Assembly: GCF_006345805.1 (NCBI RefSeq)
Contig: NC_043002.1
Span: forward strand, 119,226,001 to 119,290,000
From: Octopus sinensis
Lineage: Eukaryota
Direction: 5' to 3'
DNA length: 64,000 nt
The position numbers and the translations under genes are program-made. The stretch's first letter is position 1. Every line of letters starts with the position of its first letter. The notes below the pieces were generated by a model. That model made no database searches, had not been told where the DNA came from, and was given only the letters and a program-made list of their open reading frames with translations. Positions 26,501 to 39,169 of the stretch are shown here, one piece after another.

Positions 26501-26830
26501 TTCTTGTTTTAGTTCCGACTTTTGTTCTGGATTCCTTAGCATTACAGTCTCTATGGTTTTGTATAATTGATTTGATTAAACCCGGCTTGTTGGTTTTGAT
26601 TTTCTCTTTCGTTGATTCTTTGATATTCTTCAGTATTTCGTCAAATTTTCTGCAGAGGATCGAGAGTTTAGAAGAGATCTCTCTTAGCTCCTTTAAAATA
26701 TCATCGTTGATTGCATCAACGTTTCTGTCAGGCTTTGGTGGCATTTTAGTTCCTCGCGTAGGGAGTATATACAAGAGAGTAAAGAATATACAGAAGAGAA
26801 AAAGAAGTTGAAAACGCGACTACAGAAAAT
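23545..26830 (-). mobile_element. Large degraded Penelope-like element (N-terminus and RT; EN not present)
   Basis: LSKGLKFTPTP (ORF 25503-25715), SFDMVNLY, FEFNGCIYKQIYGT, NWKRYLNDCLILW (YLDD-like), LPFLDIL..YKPTDSQ, HNP..NIFHRNIPLLKQD. Interrupted by SINEs. Confidence 0.75.
24664..25022 (+). mobile_element. Two adjacent diverged SINE B copies inside the PLE
   Basis: Two GTTCTGA(G/A)TTCAAATTCCGCCGA(G/C)GTCGACTTTGC blocks; flanks TTTAAGACCGCT-like repeated (24657, 24839, 25017), TSD-like. Confidence 0.75.
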
Positions 26831-27109
26831 TTACTTTATGAAAATTTATATTCAACACTTTGTAGATGTACAACTGAAACCCTTTCTGAAGCATATATCT
26901 AGCTTTATATGCCTTTCAGTATATTGTTTATTAAAAATATATTCCTTTTCTCGGAGCTCGAATTTAAAAAAAGAATACATTTTAAATAAACAATATGCTC
27001 TACTTTATATACTGAGCACAAATTGTAGCATTAGAATGTATGTATGTATATAAGTATATATGTGTGCATATCTATCTATCTATCTATCTATCTATACGTA
27101 TACATATAT

Positions 27110-27166
<57 letters not shown>

Positions 27167-27177
27167 CATGCATGCAT

Positions 27178-27214
<37 letters not shown>

Positions 27215-27312
27215 TAGCAGTGCCGTTCAATGTCATTTTAAAGTTATCTCTATAGATCCTCCGTAGAAACTAGAGCCACCTCTAGTTCCTATAGAAAATC
27301 TGTAGAGACAAC

Positions 27313-27375
<63 letters not shown>

Positions 27376-27391
27376 CGTGGCTGTGTGGCAA

Positions 27392-27491
27392 GTAATAGAA
27401 GACACTTGCCCTAGGTGCCACGCAGTGGGACTGAACCCGGAACCATGTGGTTGTTAAGCAAGCAACTTAACACACAGCCACTCCTGCGCCT
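27392..27491 (-). mobile_element. SINE A head only, immediately after the tRNA terminator
   Basis: AGGCGCAGGAGTGGCTGTGTG..GGTTCCGGGTTCAGTCCCACTGCGTGGCACC..AAGTGTCTTCTA, then an inverted 22-nt head fragment at 27372. Confidence 0.8.
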
Positions 27492-27497
27492 AAAAAA
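27492..27497 (-). terminator. Pol III T6 terminator of tRNA-Phe
   Basis: TTTTTT on the minus strand, 18 nt downstream of the tRNA 3' end. Confidence 0.6.
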
Positions 27498-27515
27498 GGC
27501 AGACCAGCCACCGGA

Positions 27516-27588
27516 TGCAGAAACCCAGGATTGAACCAGGGATCTTTAGATCTTCAGTCTAACGCTCTCCCAAATGAGCTATTTCGGC
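27516..27588 (-). tRNA. tRNA-Phe: tRNA-Phe(GAA), degenerate (possible pseudogene)
   Basis: GCCGAAATAGCTCATTTGGGAGAGCGTTAGACTGAAGATCTAAAGATCCCTGGTTCAATCCTGGGTTTCTGCA, 73 nt. Five differences from the canonical animal tRNA-Phe as I recall it (G15T, G46A, G57A, C62T, G70T), giving a C3.U70 acceptor mismatch. Confidence 0.9.
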
Positions 27589-28097
27589 TGGCATTATAGC
27601 ATTATAACATTATAACTTTATTAACATAAAGAAACGTAAGATTATAAGTGTTGATAAAATTTCTCCATGTTGTCAGTGAAGTACTGGAGTCCATGGAATC
27701 AACTTGCCCTCTCCTCTTAAAATTACATTCCTTGTACCAAAATCAGAAAGAAACGTCCTCTCAAATAGAGAGAGAAATTGTCCAAATGAGTACATATAGA
27801 TCTTGTGACGACCAATGCTCGATGAAAAGTGTGCACTGTTTCAGTTGCAATACTGTTCAACATTGTCCATATCACTAGAATCCATTCGTTCGAACATGTG
27901 CGTAAATTTGAAAAAAAAAATTCGTTAGGTTCGATATGAGCAGAGACAAAGTAAAATGGAAATGGATCACATCTTTTAGTATATGGATTCATAAGATACT
28001 TTTCATTGGATGACATAACAGATATCCTAGGGGGCACTAATCTATCTTATTGAAACTAGTGTTAATCATGACTCTTCATCATCATCATCATTGTAAT

Positions 28098-28328
28098 GAC
28101 ATGCATAAGATCTGATCATCAAATCTAAGTAGAGACTTCAAACTTGAAATCTTCAAAGCCACAGTCGAACCAATTCTACTATATGGCTCAGAAACCTGGA
28201 CGTTATCAAAGAAGCTTGAGAGGCGGTTGGATGGAACCTACACTCGCCTCCTTATGAGAGCTCAAAATCTCTCGCGGAAGCGCCATCCAACCAAAATGAA
28301 AATATATGGGAAACTACCACCTGTGTCC
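28098..28328 (+). mobile_element. RTE/RTEX LINE fragment
   Basis: SNLSRDFKLEIFKATVEPILLYGSETWTLSKKLERRLDGTYTRLLMRAQN..HPTK..YGKLPPV. Confidence 0.8.
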
Positions 28329-30453
28329 TGACTCTTACCGGACCCCGAATACGAACGCATGCTAGTTTTATATATTTTATAATATATTTTAATATTCAAA
28401 AACATTAAAGTTCTAAATTCAAATATGAATTAGAAAGTAGCGCTAGTGTTGTAAACATTATCGAACACATATACTTAATGTATGTACTTTGCCTATTTAC
28501 CAGTAAGCTGTGATGTGACGCGGTGGCGATGACTTTCTCAAAGCTCCGGTTGTTAAGAATACCTCAAAGTCATAGACAGGCGAGACAACTCACTCCAAAA
28601 CCCAAGAGTGATGGACTTCTACTTTATTTCATTCAGCCAGGAGCTAGACTTTGCCGTGATCCGTATATTTGACATCCCTGGCCTGGCATGTTGCTAGATA
28701 TTGGGGACTTTGGTTGTTTGATGTTCAAGGCTCGAGAGACTTCGAAAGTTATTAACTATAGTAATATCATCAAAACCCAAAGCGGTAATAACTTAATAGA
28801 ACCATTGCTACTACAATATCTATTTCTTTCAAATACAAAAGAAATTGCATTCATTTAGTGTACTGTTATATCCATTTGCAATACTGGAGATTTTATGATG
28901 ATACAAGTGTCGATCGTCGCCATAATGGTGGCGATAAAGCATCAAAGTTGAATAAGATACACACCTGGTCGGAAAGGCTTATGTTCAATGAGTCTAGATT
29001 GAAATAAATTGCTATACATTTCGGAATCAGGGCCAATTAAGGGCTCTTTGATCTGAGACTGAATTCTAGACATTTCTCTACTATTGTCATACATATTGAA
29101 GAACTAAATATAATAATTTCATTTTCTTTTCACAAAAGAAAGTCTCCATTATTAATGTCTTCAGTAAGCTTTATATCTTTCCCTCGAATGTAATTGTATG
29201 ACTTTTATTTGTTTTAATCGTTTTAACTCTCTTCTATGAACATGTTATGCACTTCTATTGTTAATAACTTTCATTTGCGAAGCGATAATGAAATTATTAA
29301 ACATTTTTCTGTGGATTTCGGTAAGTAAAGAACGCCAATGTTTTCTGGCATCATAAGGCAGCAAGTTGGCAGAATCGTTAGCACAACGTACAATATGCTT
29401 AAAACCAAGGTCGACTTTATCTATAATTTTTGTAAGGGCGGGGGGTCAATAAAATAAGTACCAGTTGATCAACCAACTAACCTTCTCCTCCGAAATTGCT
29501 GGCCTTGTGCCAAAACGTAGAACCAATATTTTCTTACATCACCAAATATTCACAAATTTTTCAAGAATAGGTTTTAATGCAAGTCAAGTGAAAGCGAGTA
29601 TCTTACATATTTATTTCACTCACTTTAAAGGGATGAAAACAAAATCTGGGCTGCGAGGATTCGAAATCAGATGTTTGCAGTCAGATACTGTAAATCATCA
29701 AAACCAAAAAACTCATTGGCGTTGCTGTCACTCCTCAAAATCTGCAGCGGCATCCACTACTTTCCAGAATATCAATACATCCCCTTAAATCACGATAAAT
29801 TAATAACAAACATTTTCTTTTTTAAACTTTAAATGCATGACGTTGCGATTGTGTTTTTAATGTAGATTATTGCTGAAAATTTCTGCAATGAAAACTGTTT
29901 CATCCAAATATCAACTGGCGGTCTTTCAGAAGGTTAGGTCACTAGCCAGAAACGCTGGTCATTAACTCAATGTGAATCAAGATCCACAAGTGAAGTTGCG
30001 GAGACTTTAGGCCAAATAATAAATAATTGATATTTTAACAAAGTGGGCAAATCGTCATTGTTTTGAGAAGAAACTGTAGATAAGTAAACGTTACCGTGGA
30101 TGAAATTTTTTGAAATGTCTACATGTGTGCGTGAGTGCATGCGTATGTACGTATGTGTGTGTGTGTGCGCATGTGTGTACGTGCGTGTGTGTGTGTGTGT
30201 GTGTTTGCTGATATTCTGTTTTATATTTGCTGTGTATAGTGTTTTCAGTTCGGTGAATCTGTTCATCGATTTCATATAGACTTATGTCATAGACAGTATT
30301 TATTTCTTTTAATAACTATTTGAGCAATTTCATGGATAACACTCAAAATAAAGGGACGAAACGGTTACAGTACTTCACACTTATATGTATGTGGTTATAC
30401 GTGAGCCTATAAACACAAAAGTAAAAAGAGTAATTACAAGAGATTAGACTTTA

Positions 30454-30685
30454 CCTATTTCTTTATTACCCACAAGGGGCTAAACATAGAGGGGACAAAC
30501 AAGGACAGATATAAGTATTAAGCCGATTACATCGACCCAGTGCGAAACTGGTACTTTATTTATCGACCCCGAAAGTATGAAAGGCAAAGTCGACCTCGGC
30601 GGAATTTGAACTCAGAACGTAACGACAGACGAAATACGGCTACGCATTTCGCCGGCGCGCTAACGATTCTACCAGCTCGCCGCCT
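30454..30685 (-). mobile_element. SINE family B, full length
   Basis: Head GGCGGCGAGCTGGTAGAATCGTTAGC through tail GTAATAAAGAAATAGGT. Confidence 0.85.
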
Positions 30686-30868
30686 TAAGAGATTAGACTT
30701 TACCCTCTTCACACAGACGCTACAAAATAACTCTTTTTATCTTTCTCTTTTATCTTTCCTTTGTTTCAGTCATTAGACTGCAACCATGCTGGAGCACCGC
30801 CTCGAACAGTTTTTAGTCAAAGGACTAAAACTTTTGTACACATACTGTTGAAACAATTTCTGAAGTAA

Positions 30869-31073
30869 ACGAGGGGGCTCTGAAAAGTTCCTGACTTTAA
30901 GGATATCGTGAGAGGCTTGGCTGGAGGCCCAACCTTCCTCTTTCTTTTACAGGGCTTAGAAAAACTGAAGGACCACTGCACTGAGATGGAAATATATTGA
31001 ATAAAATCATAATTAACTAATCCTCCTGTATTTTTTCTACCTAAATCCAGGAACGTGTCAGCATCTCCTCGTA
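30869..31073. mobile_element. Mariner-like MITE
   Basis: Imperfect TIRs ACGAGGGGGCTCTGAAAAGTTCCTG / CCAGGAACGTGTCAGCATCTCCTCGTA. Confidence 0.65.
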
Positions 31074-31689
31074 TATCTAGCTTTAAAGAGCATGATTTTC
31101 AACTGATAAATATGGTACAAACATGTAACAGGTCTCTAACTAAAATCCGAAACAGTAACGCGTTCTTTGAAAATCTTCAATAAAATCATTGACAAAAAAC
31201 GGAATTTCTAAATTAAGTACTTATGTCATCAAAGGATTGAACAACTAACAGACCAATTTACATCAGCATGATAATACTCAAAATTTAAAGGCAGAGGGCG
31301 TTGCTAATAAATATTTAAGAGAAGAACTGACACGCAAAACTTCTTTGATAAAACTTTTCATATTCTATTACTTTTGATAATCAAAAAAAAATTGTGAAAC
31401 TAGTTAAGTAATCGTATATAAATTTTCGTGAAGTGAATTTTCTGTAATTACATTTCCAATTTTTTTCTTTTCTTTATACTTATACTCACGAGGAAAACTT
31501 ATTTTCCTACATAAATGCATGCATAGAATGATGGATACATACAATCATACGTACATACATGCGTACATGTATACATACACACATACTTACATACATACAC
31601 ACATACACACACAAACACACACACATGTATATATATATATATATATATAAAACAAATGAAAGACAGGAGATGGAATATACGAGAACTTA

Positions 31690-31790
31690 TTACTAATCAC
31701 CACAATTGTTTCGACACATCTAGTATCGATTCCTCTTGGGTGGGACACTCAAAAACTGGTTCAGGAGCATTCAGGTTGCGAAAATGTATA
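31690..31790 (-). ncRNA. 3' half of a hammerhead motif (same family as 58218)
   Basis: GATGTGTC-GAAA-CAATTG-TG-GTGAT; 5' core half lost and position 17 is G. Confidence 0.4.
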
Positions 31791-31794
31791 TATA

Positions 31795-32169
31795 TATATA
31801 AATTTATAAATAAGGATAATATTGATATTTAAATATCGATCTTATCAAGTGGCCAGCATAGGAATAAATACCATACAAAGGTAATAATTATTTAAAACTA
31901 TCAGTTAGGGTATCTGAGAGATATACCGATGCTGAAATAGCAGTCAAAATCTTGACTCTAAAACCACCATAAGTGTTTATATATCGCTAGGAGAGAAGAC
32001 AGAGAGACAAAATGAACTAGCAAAAAAAGATTTTTCTGGATAATTCAAGATCCTGGATTTCTGTCTTGCATGAAAAGCTCTGCCTTCTTCAGTTGAATAT
32101 ACCAGATAGGTACATAAATACATACCACACCACATATATATATATATATCTATATATATATATATATAG

Positions 32170-32222
<53 letters not shown>

Positions 32223-33360
32223 GCAATTAAGGACACCACTTATAAGGAAAGTTAACAAGAAATTGTCAGGTAGATAGCGTAAAAACCTCATAAGAGAAAA
32301 ATTTCGAAAATAATTATTTCTTATTGAACATATTAATTTATATATAGAGGGCATTATATACATACATGCCAGAAGGCATTATACATACATGCCAACGCTA
32401 AGAGGGACAATCAGTCATTTCTACCAAAATATTACTAATCCCACCGAATGCAATTTTTTCAAAGTAAGACATTTAAAATATAGACCTGTATCCAAGTGAT
32501 TTCATACTTACGTAATCATCAGCAGCCGAATGTATTATAAATAAACAACGGACCCTGCCCCGCTTAAGCCGATCACTAACTGATCAACATCAACGAAGCA
32601 CATGGGTGAGTTTACATATATTACATCCGGATAAATGGCAAACTTTTACGAATTGCATTTCGGGAGAGGAAAAGTTTTTTTCGGAATAAAAATTTAGCAA
32701 TTAAGGACAACCCTTAATAAGGAACTTAACAAAAATTGTCAGGTAGATAGCGTAAAAACCTCATAAGAAAAATTTCGAAAATAATTATTTCTTATTGAAC
32801 ATATTAATTTATATATAGAGGGCATTATACATACATGCCAGAAGGCATTATAACATACATGCCAAACGCTAAGAGGGACAATCAGTTCATTCTAACCAAA
32901 AATATTACTAATCCCATACTAATCCCGAATGTCTTACTTTTAAAAATTGCATTCGGTGGGATTAGTAATATTTTGGTAGAAATGACTGATTGTCCCTCTT
33001 AGCGTTGGCATGTATGTATAATGCCTTCTGGCATGTATGTATAATGCCCTCTATATATAATATATATATTAGATATATATATATAATATATATATATATT
33101 ATATAATAACATATATACAGAACATACGTTATACTTACATATATGCTGGCACTTGATAAGATCGATATTTAAATATCGATATTATCCTTATTTATAAATT
33201 TATATATTTCGTCATTGTATTCACTGCGGTGTTTATTTTGACCATATCTCACATGGAGCTGTTTGGCGGGCAATTTAAACTGGTCTTGTACATACGTGCA
33301 TATATATGTATGTATGAGTGTTCGTATATGTAAGTATAACGTATGTTCTGTATATATATA
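31795..33360. repeat. Multiply inverted/duplicated (fold-back) non-coding element
   Basis: ~65-bp IR 31795-31860/33142-33206 (2 differences); direct repeat 32221-32455/32695-32925; inversion 32928-33060 of 32338-32473; second IR 33111-33143/33325-33357. Confidence 0.85.
32483..32528 (-). ncRNA. Compact type I hammerhead candidate
   Basis: GCTG-CTGATGA-T-TAC(GTAA)GTA-T-GAAA-TC(ACTTG)GA-TA-CAGG. Intact core, GNRA-capped stem II, AUA triplet; only a 3-bp stem I and U.U at 10.1/11.1. Confidence 0.5.
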
Positions 33361-33450
33361 TCAGGGTCTAGGAGAGACACAGTATTAGTAACGAAAGGAA
33401 AACAGACGAGTGGACTTTGAAGGAGGTGATGTGAAATCAGAGAAATCGTT

Positions 33451-34058
33451 ATACCTATTTCTTTACTACGCTCAAGGGGCTAAACACAGAGGGGACAAAC
33501 AAGGACAGACAAACGGATTAAGTCGTTTACATCGACCCCAGTGCGTAACTGGTACTTATTTAATCGACCCCGAAAGGATGAAAGGCAAAGTCGACCTCGG
33601 CGGAATTTGAACTCAGAACGTAGCGGCAGACGAAATACCTATTCCTTTACTAACCACAAGGGGCTAAACATAGAGGGGACAAACAAGGACAGACAAACGG
33701 ATTAAGTCGTTTACATCGACCCCAGTGCGTAACTGGTACTTATTTAATCGACCCCGAAAGGATGAAAGGCAAAGTCGACCTCGGCGGAATTTGAACTCAG
33801 AACGTAGCGGCAGACGAAATACCTATTCCTTTACTAACCACAAGGGGCTAAACATAGAGGGGACAAACAAGGACAGACAAACGGATTAAGTCGTTTACAT
33901 CGACCCCACTGCGTAACTGGTACCTAATTTATCGACCCCCGAAAGGATGAAAGGCAAAGTCGACCTCGGCGGAATTTGAACTCAGAACGTAACGGCGGAC
34001 GAAATATACGGCTACGCATTTCGCCCGGCGTGCTAACGTTTCTGCCAGCTCACCGCCT
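33451..34058 (-). mobile_element. SINE B with one head and three tandem ~183-bp bodies
   Basis: Units start TACCTATT at 33451, 33634 and 33817; single head ends ..CTCACCGCC at 34058. Confidence 0.9.
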
Positions 34059-34419
34059 AAATCTGCATCAAACATTCAAGGAAAAGATCTGATATCAATA
34101 TATTCTGGTACATATTTTAGAATACTTGATGTACAGAAAGCTATGTCTTACTCGGCTACCTTTGACCTGTCAGTTTGGTTGCTCTTTGTAAAGATTTTAA
34201 CCATTTACCTGCCCTGCCAGTACATATTTCTCTGCACTATCCTAAGTTTTTTTCAACCACTAGAATAACTTGGGGTTTATGAAAGGAAAGTTTTATATTA
34301 CTCAGGGTTCATGAAACAAGGATTACCTGAGTGTCTGAAAACGAGGCTGGACGTTTAGTAGGATCTTATGAAAATGCTTTTGACAAGAAAAGAGTTAATA
34401 TTTATTTCTAATGGAAGCT

Positions 34420-34625
34420 GGAGAGCTGAAAGAATCGTTAGCACACCGGGTAAAGTGTTTGGTGGAATTTCGCTCGTCTTTACGTTCTGAGTTCAAATTC
34501 CATTGCGGTTGACTTTTCTTTTCATCCCTTTCGGGGTCGATGAAATGAGTACCAGTTGAGAACTGGGGTTGATGTAATCGACTTAACCCGAATTTCCTGG
34601 CCTTGTGCCAAAATTTGAAACCAAT
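34420..34625 (+). mobile_element. SINE family B, diverged
   Basis: Matches consensus through TTTCATCCCTTTCGGGGTCGATG..AGTACCAG. Confidence 0.75.
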
Positions 34626-35955
34626 ATTAATATCTAACGTAGACACACGATCTCAAATTTATGAGATGGGTTCAGTCAATTATATCGACCTACTTATTTT
34701 ATTGAATCCGAAAGGATGAAAGCCAGAATCGACTCTGTGAGATTTGAACTTCAAGCATAAGTTATGGAAGTAAATGCATTTTGTTCGCGGCTCTACCAAA
34801 TCTACTAATATTGATTTACTACATGGTAAACTAGTACAGCAAAGAATGAATTGTTTTGGCTGTATACAGAAGAGAAATGTTAGCTGTCTACAAGGTACGA
34901 TTTGGGGGTCCATTTAGTATAAGTAGGCATAAACCCCAATTCCATAGCAGCCAGCTAATTCTCCTTGGCCCGATAGGTAGATAACATCTTACTCTGCATC
35001 ATCCGCTACCTCGTTCTAGATAATTATGTGGCAGAAAGGGGGTTTAACAAATTCTATATTTACCAATAACGCGTGATTTTCATTATCGCCTATATTTCTT
35101 TATATTCAAGATTCAAGTTATTTCATAAAACCCTTTAACAACATTATTTACAGAACATTCGATTTTTTTCCGCATCAATGGGAAGCATTAATATGAATAA
35201 TATATTTTCTTTTCGAATTTTTCATAAAGTTTTTGTACTACAATTAAGGTTTCGTTCTGATGTTTTCTCTACCAGTTAAGCAATTTCTACCAGTTATCGA
35301 AATGTGTATATATGTATATTTGTATAATTAGGGTCTTAGTTTTTTGTATTTACAACATTACCTCCCAATATCAAAGAACACCCATTCATCACACCAATGC
35401 TTGACTTTCAACAGCAGATTCTGGCGTGTATCCAAACTGCCTTTTCGAGAAACTTTGCCAAGAAAAATCTTATTTTTCACGAAATAAATGTAATAAAGAA
35501 ATAAACGAAAAGAAAAAAATAAGATAGAAAGGTATAGAAATAAAATAGTTAAAGAAATGTAAAAAATACAGAAAGTGAAGGAGTGGGGTGGGAAAGAGAA
35601 AGAGAGCGACTATTGAACTTGAAGTGTAAACATAAATTTAATTATAACATTATATTTCTATCGGTGATTCCCTATATTGCATATCAGTATTGGTCGTGTT
35701 AAAATGGTAATATGTGTTGTATGTGTGCGTGTGCGTGTGTGAACATGCGCATGTACTTATGTGAGTGCGTGCATGCGTTCGGGTGCAGTTATGTGTGTTA
35801 TTGTATGTGTGTCTATGTGTGTGTGTGTGTGTGTGTTCACCGCTAGTGCACATGCGAATCTGTGTACGTGTGCGTGAATGTATGTCGTTGTATGCTTATG
35901 CGTGTAAGCAATATTGGATTCCTGAGAGTAATTCTATTAACGTCGGTATGTGCAG

Positions 35956-36064
<109 letters not shown>

Positions 36065-36396
36065 AATGGCTGAGTCGAATAGATGCCTTATGGTATATTT
36101 TCAGGCATCGGTGCTCTGAGTTCAAATCACGTCGATGTCAACATTCCGTCGACGTCAAGATTAGCGGATCTATTAAGCGTCAGACGAGTTGTCTTACGAT
36201 ATGTCTCGCTTAAAGAGGGTGCCTTTAACTGTCCTGTCGTAGTGGGGAGCGGAGCCCGGCTAACACACACACACTCTCTCAGACACACACACACATTCTT
36301 ACCGTCTGTATTTATATATATTTCATTATTTATAATGTATATATTCACATATGTACATATATACATATGTAGATATACCTTTATATATATATATAT

Positions 36397-36427
<31 letters not shown>

Positions 36428-36428
<1 letters not shown>

Positions 36429-36794
36429 GCGTGGCGCTCCGTCGGTTACGATGACGTTAGTTCCGGTTGATCCAAATCAACGGAACAGCCTGCTCGTGAA
36501 ATGAACGTGAATGTGGCTGAGCACTCCACAGACACGTGTACCCCTAACGCAGTTCTCGGGGAGATTCAGCGTGGCACAGAGTGTGACAAGGCTGGCCCTT
36601 TGAAATATAGGTACAACTGAAACAGGTAGAAAGAGTGAAAGGAAGTTGTGGTGAAAGAGCACAGCAGGGGTCACCCCTCCTGCCAGAGCCTCGTGGTACT
36701 TTTAGATGTTTTCGTTCAATAAACACTCACAACATGCGGTCTAGGAATCGAAACCGCAATTCTACTACCCTAACCACTGGGCCATTGCGCCTCC
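36428..36794 (-). mobile_element. SINE family C, diverged, with a head deletion
   Basis: Aligns by eye to 9256-9639. Confidence 0.8.
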
Positions 36795-36851
36795 GTTTAT
36801 ATATATAATAATGACAATAATTCTAGGATGGAATTTATAAATATTTCATAC

Positions 36852-36983
36852 ATCACTACGCGCGTTTCCACAAATCAAAAGATTTTAACATCAGAGTCGG
36901 TATCCTTGGGATTTGTACAGTATAGTCCGTATTATCCGTGAGATCGGGTTGATCATCATCCTTGATTCATTTCATCAGGCGAT
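36852..36983 (-). ncRNA. Type I hammerhead ribozyme, palindromic stem III, long stem II insert
   Basis: ATCGC-CTGATGA-AATGAATCAAGGAT..~75 nt..ATCTTTTGATTTGTG-GAAA-CGCGCG-TA-GTGAT. Intact core, 5-bp stem I, GUA triplet; A.G at 10.1/11.1. Confidence 0.75.
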
Positions 36984-37015
36984 ACTGCATTATTGGAAAA
37001 ATCACAGAGGTATAT

Positions 37016-37059
<44 letters not shown>

Positions 37060-37189
37060 TATATGTCCACCACTATAACTTCGCTTTGTCTGAGGCAGGT
37101 TACGACCATGGAATTATTTTTCTTAATCCTAAAAGTATAATACCTACTGATAGTAGAAATAATGAGATTTTAAGTGAGATGGGGGATAC

Positions 37190-37949
37190 AGACTTACTTG
37201 GTCGGGAAAACAAACCTACTATGAAAGCATCCAACAAACCCATCAACTTAAATAAAAAGATAAGCAACAATAGAAATTAGATGCTATAACCTGTAGGAAT
37301 ATTAGTTTATATAATAAAGGTAGCGAGGCGACTGGGCAGATTATGTCAGCCTCTAGTGATAAGGAAAATACTGATAACATAGCCATACCTATTAATCAAA
37401 TCGCGATTTCAGGAAGCGTTGAAAGAACAGGTAGATTCCGCCCTTAAAGAGGTCTTAAAATAATGATTTGATCTGGTGTAATGTTCCCTTCAACTGGGCT
37501 ATATGCACAAACATATATAAGAAATTTATGGTAATTTTAGCAAAAACTTCTCTGCTTCCCGTAGATATAATAGAATATTTTCCCGTAAGATAGTTAGAAT
37601 CTCATATTCTACCCTCCCCAATATGGGTACCATCACAGGCAGGTTAAAGAGAAAGACTATAAAATCGGCAAGAGGGGTTAATAATAATAATATTACTATC
37701 AACGCTAGTTTAAACCCCTACAATGAGAATAATATTAATTGTGATGTAGGAATTAGAAACAACAGTACTAAAACATCTAATATGTACAATATAGACTGTA
37801 ACTCCAAGGTTCATACTAGCACAGGGATTACTGGCACAATGTCTGTTCATGCTGAGATGAATTTGAATGATACTACAGTTGAAGGAAGTATAAATAATAA
37901 CAGAAATAAAAATAATACAATAGTAATAGTAGGAATAATATTGATGATA

Positions 37950-38042
<93 letters not shown>

Positions 38043-38330
38043 GGAATATCAATAATATTAATAGTCGTAATGCTCCTGGTTGGGAACTTAAGGAAAGCGG
38101 GATATAATACCGAAAGCGCAGCCTTATAGAGATAGTCGATACAGGTGTGAGCTGTTATCTTTGGAAACTTGTGAGATTTTTAAGTATAGGGACAAGAGAA
38201 ACCTGATTAATAATAGATTAGACCTAAGGGTATCATGTGTGTATAGCGTCACCCGCACATTTAAGCATTTTCGAAATTAGCGATTACAGGTGCCATACTT
38301 GAACTTTGATGGTGGAAATGAATTTTGGTA
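37190..38330 (+). mobile_element. Heavily degraded Penelope-like remnant (post-RT linker and EN), split by (ATG)n/(ATA)n
   Basis: IWCNVPFNWAICTNIYKKFM..FPRKIVRISYSTLPNMG matches the PLE IIWFNPP..TNIG..KISYS..PN pattern; CELLSLE near 38150. Confidence 0.5.
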
Positions 38331-39169
38331 TCCTATCCGTTGTAAATTTACCCTCTAGTATTAAATATAATAAAATCGTGGGATATTGAGTTAATATGGT
38401 GAATTAAATTGCATTGCATATGTTATAAGCTATATGTTATGGTATGTGGTGTGTTATATGTAATTACTATCTCATGAAAATACCTGCCTAGTTAGTTTGA
38501 CTTCGTCATATTTTTGGTGATTAAACTATTATTTTTTCCCTTTCTATGATGTTTTATCCTACTGATCATATTATGTATATTTGTAATGGCTTTTACGTAA
38601 GTCTCCTAATTATATACCCCTAGAAACTATAAAATCATATATATATAATAGCACCTGTAGCTTTGCAACTTATAAAATCTCTTCGGTCTGAATACCTCTA
38701 ACTGCCCTCACTACGCCCATACCTACTACCTTCTCTTTTCAGGTTACCTTTATCGCTTCCCTACCTAAAATTTTAATACCTTGTCTCTTTAAATATATAA
38801 TTCTTACTTTCTAGATATTCTTATAATTTTGTTTTCTGCTTTTGATGTCCTTACCTATTAACCTCTAATCCCTTATAAGTTGTTACTGTTCTTAAATAGA
38901 GATTTTTTTCAGCTACTTAGGTCTATGCGAGATGGTTATACTAAATCCATATAAACGTATAAATATTTGTATATGTGTATATATGTATATATGTGCATAA
39001 CCTCTTATCCCTTATAAATTATCTTTCTTGTTCGTAAATAGATACTTCTTTGTTACTTAAGTCTATGCGAGATGTTTATACTATATCCATATAAACGTAT
39101 AACTATTTGTGTATGTGTGCATGTCTGCACATAGTTAAATATGTGTGTGTATCTGTACACATCTTTATT

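Noticed and set aside
27650-28040. 104-aa minus-strand ORF and a frameshifted continuation
   Set aside because: No motif I can recognise; stops in the alternative frame. A tBLASTn/HHpred search would be needed.
38860-39120. ~130-bp diverged tandem duplication (another at 56700-56960)
   Set aside because: Ordinary local duplications next to microsatellites; no spacer/repeat periodicity, so not CRISPR-like.
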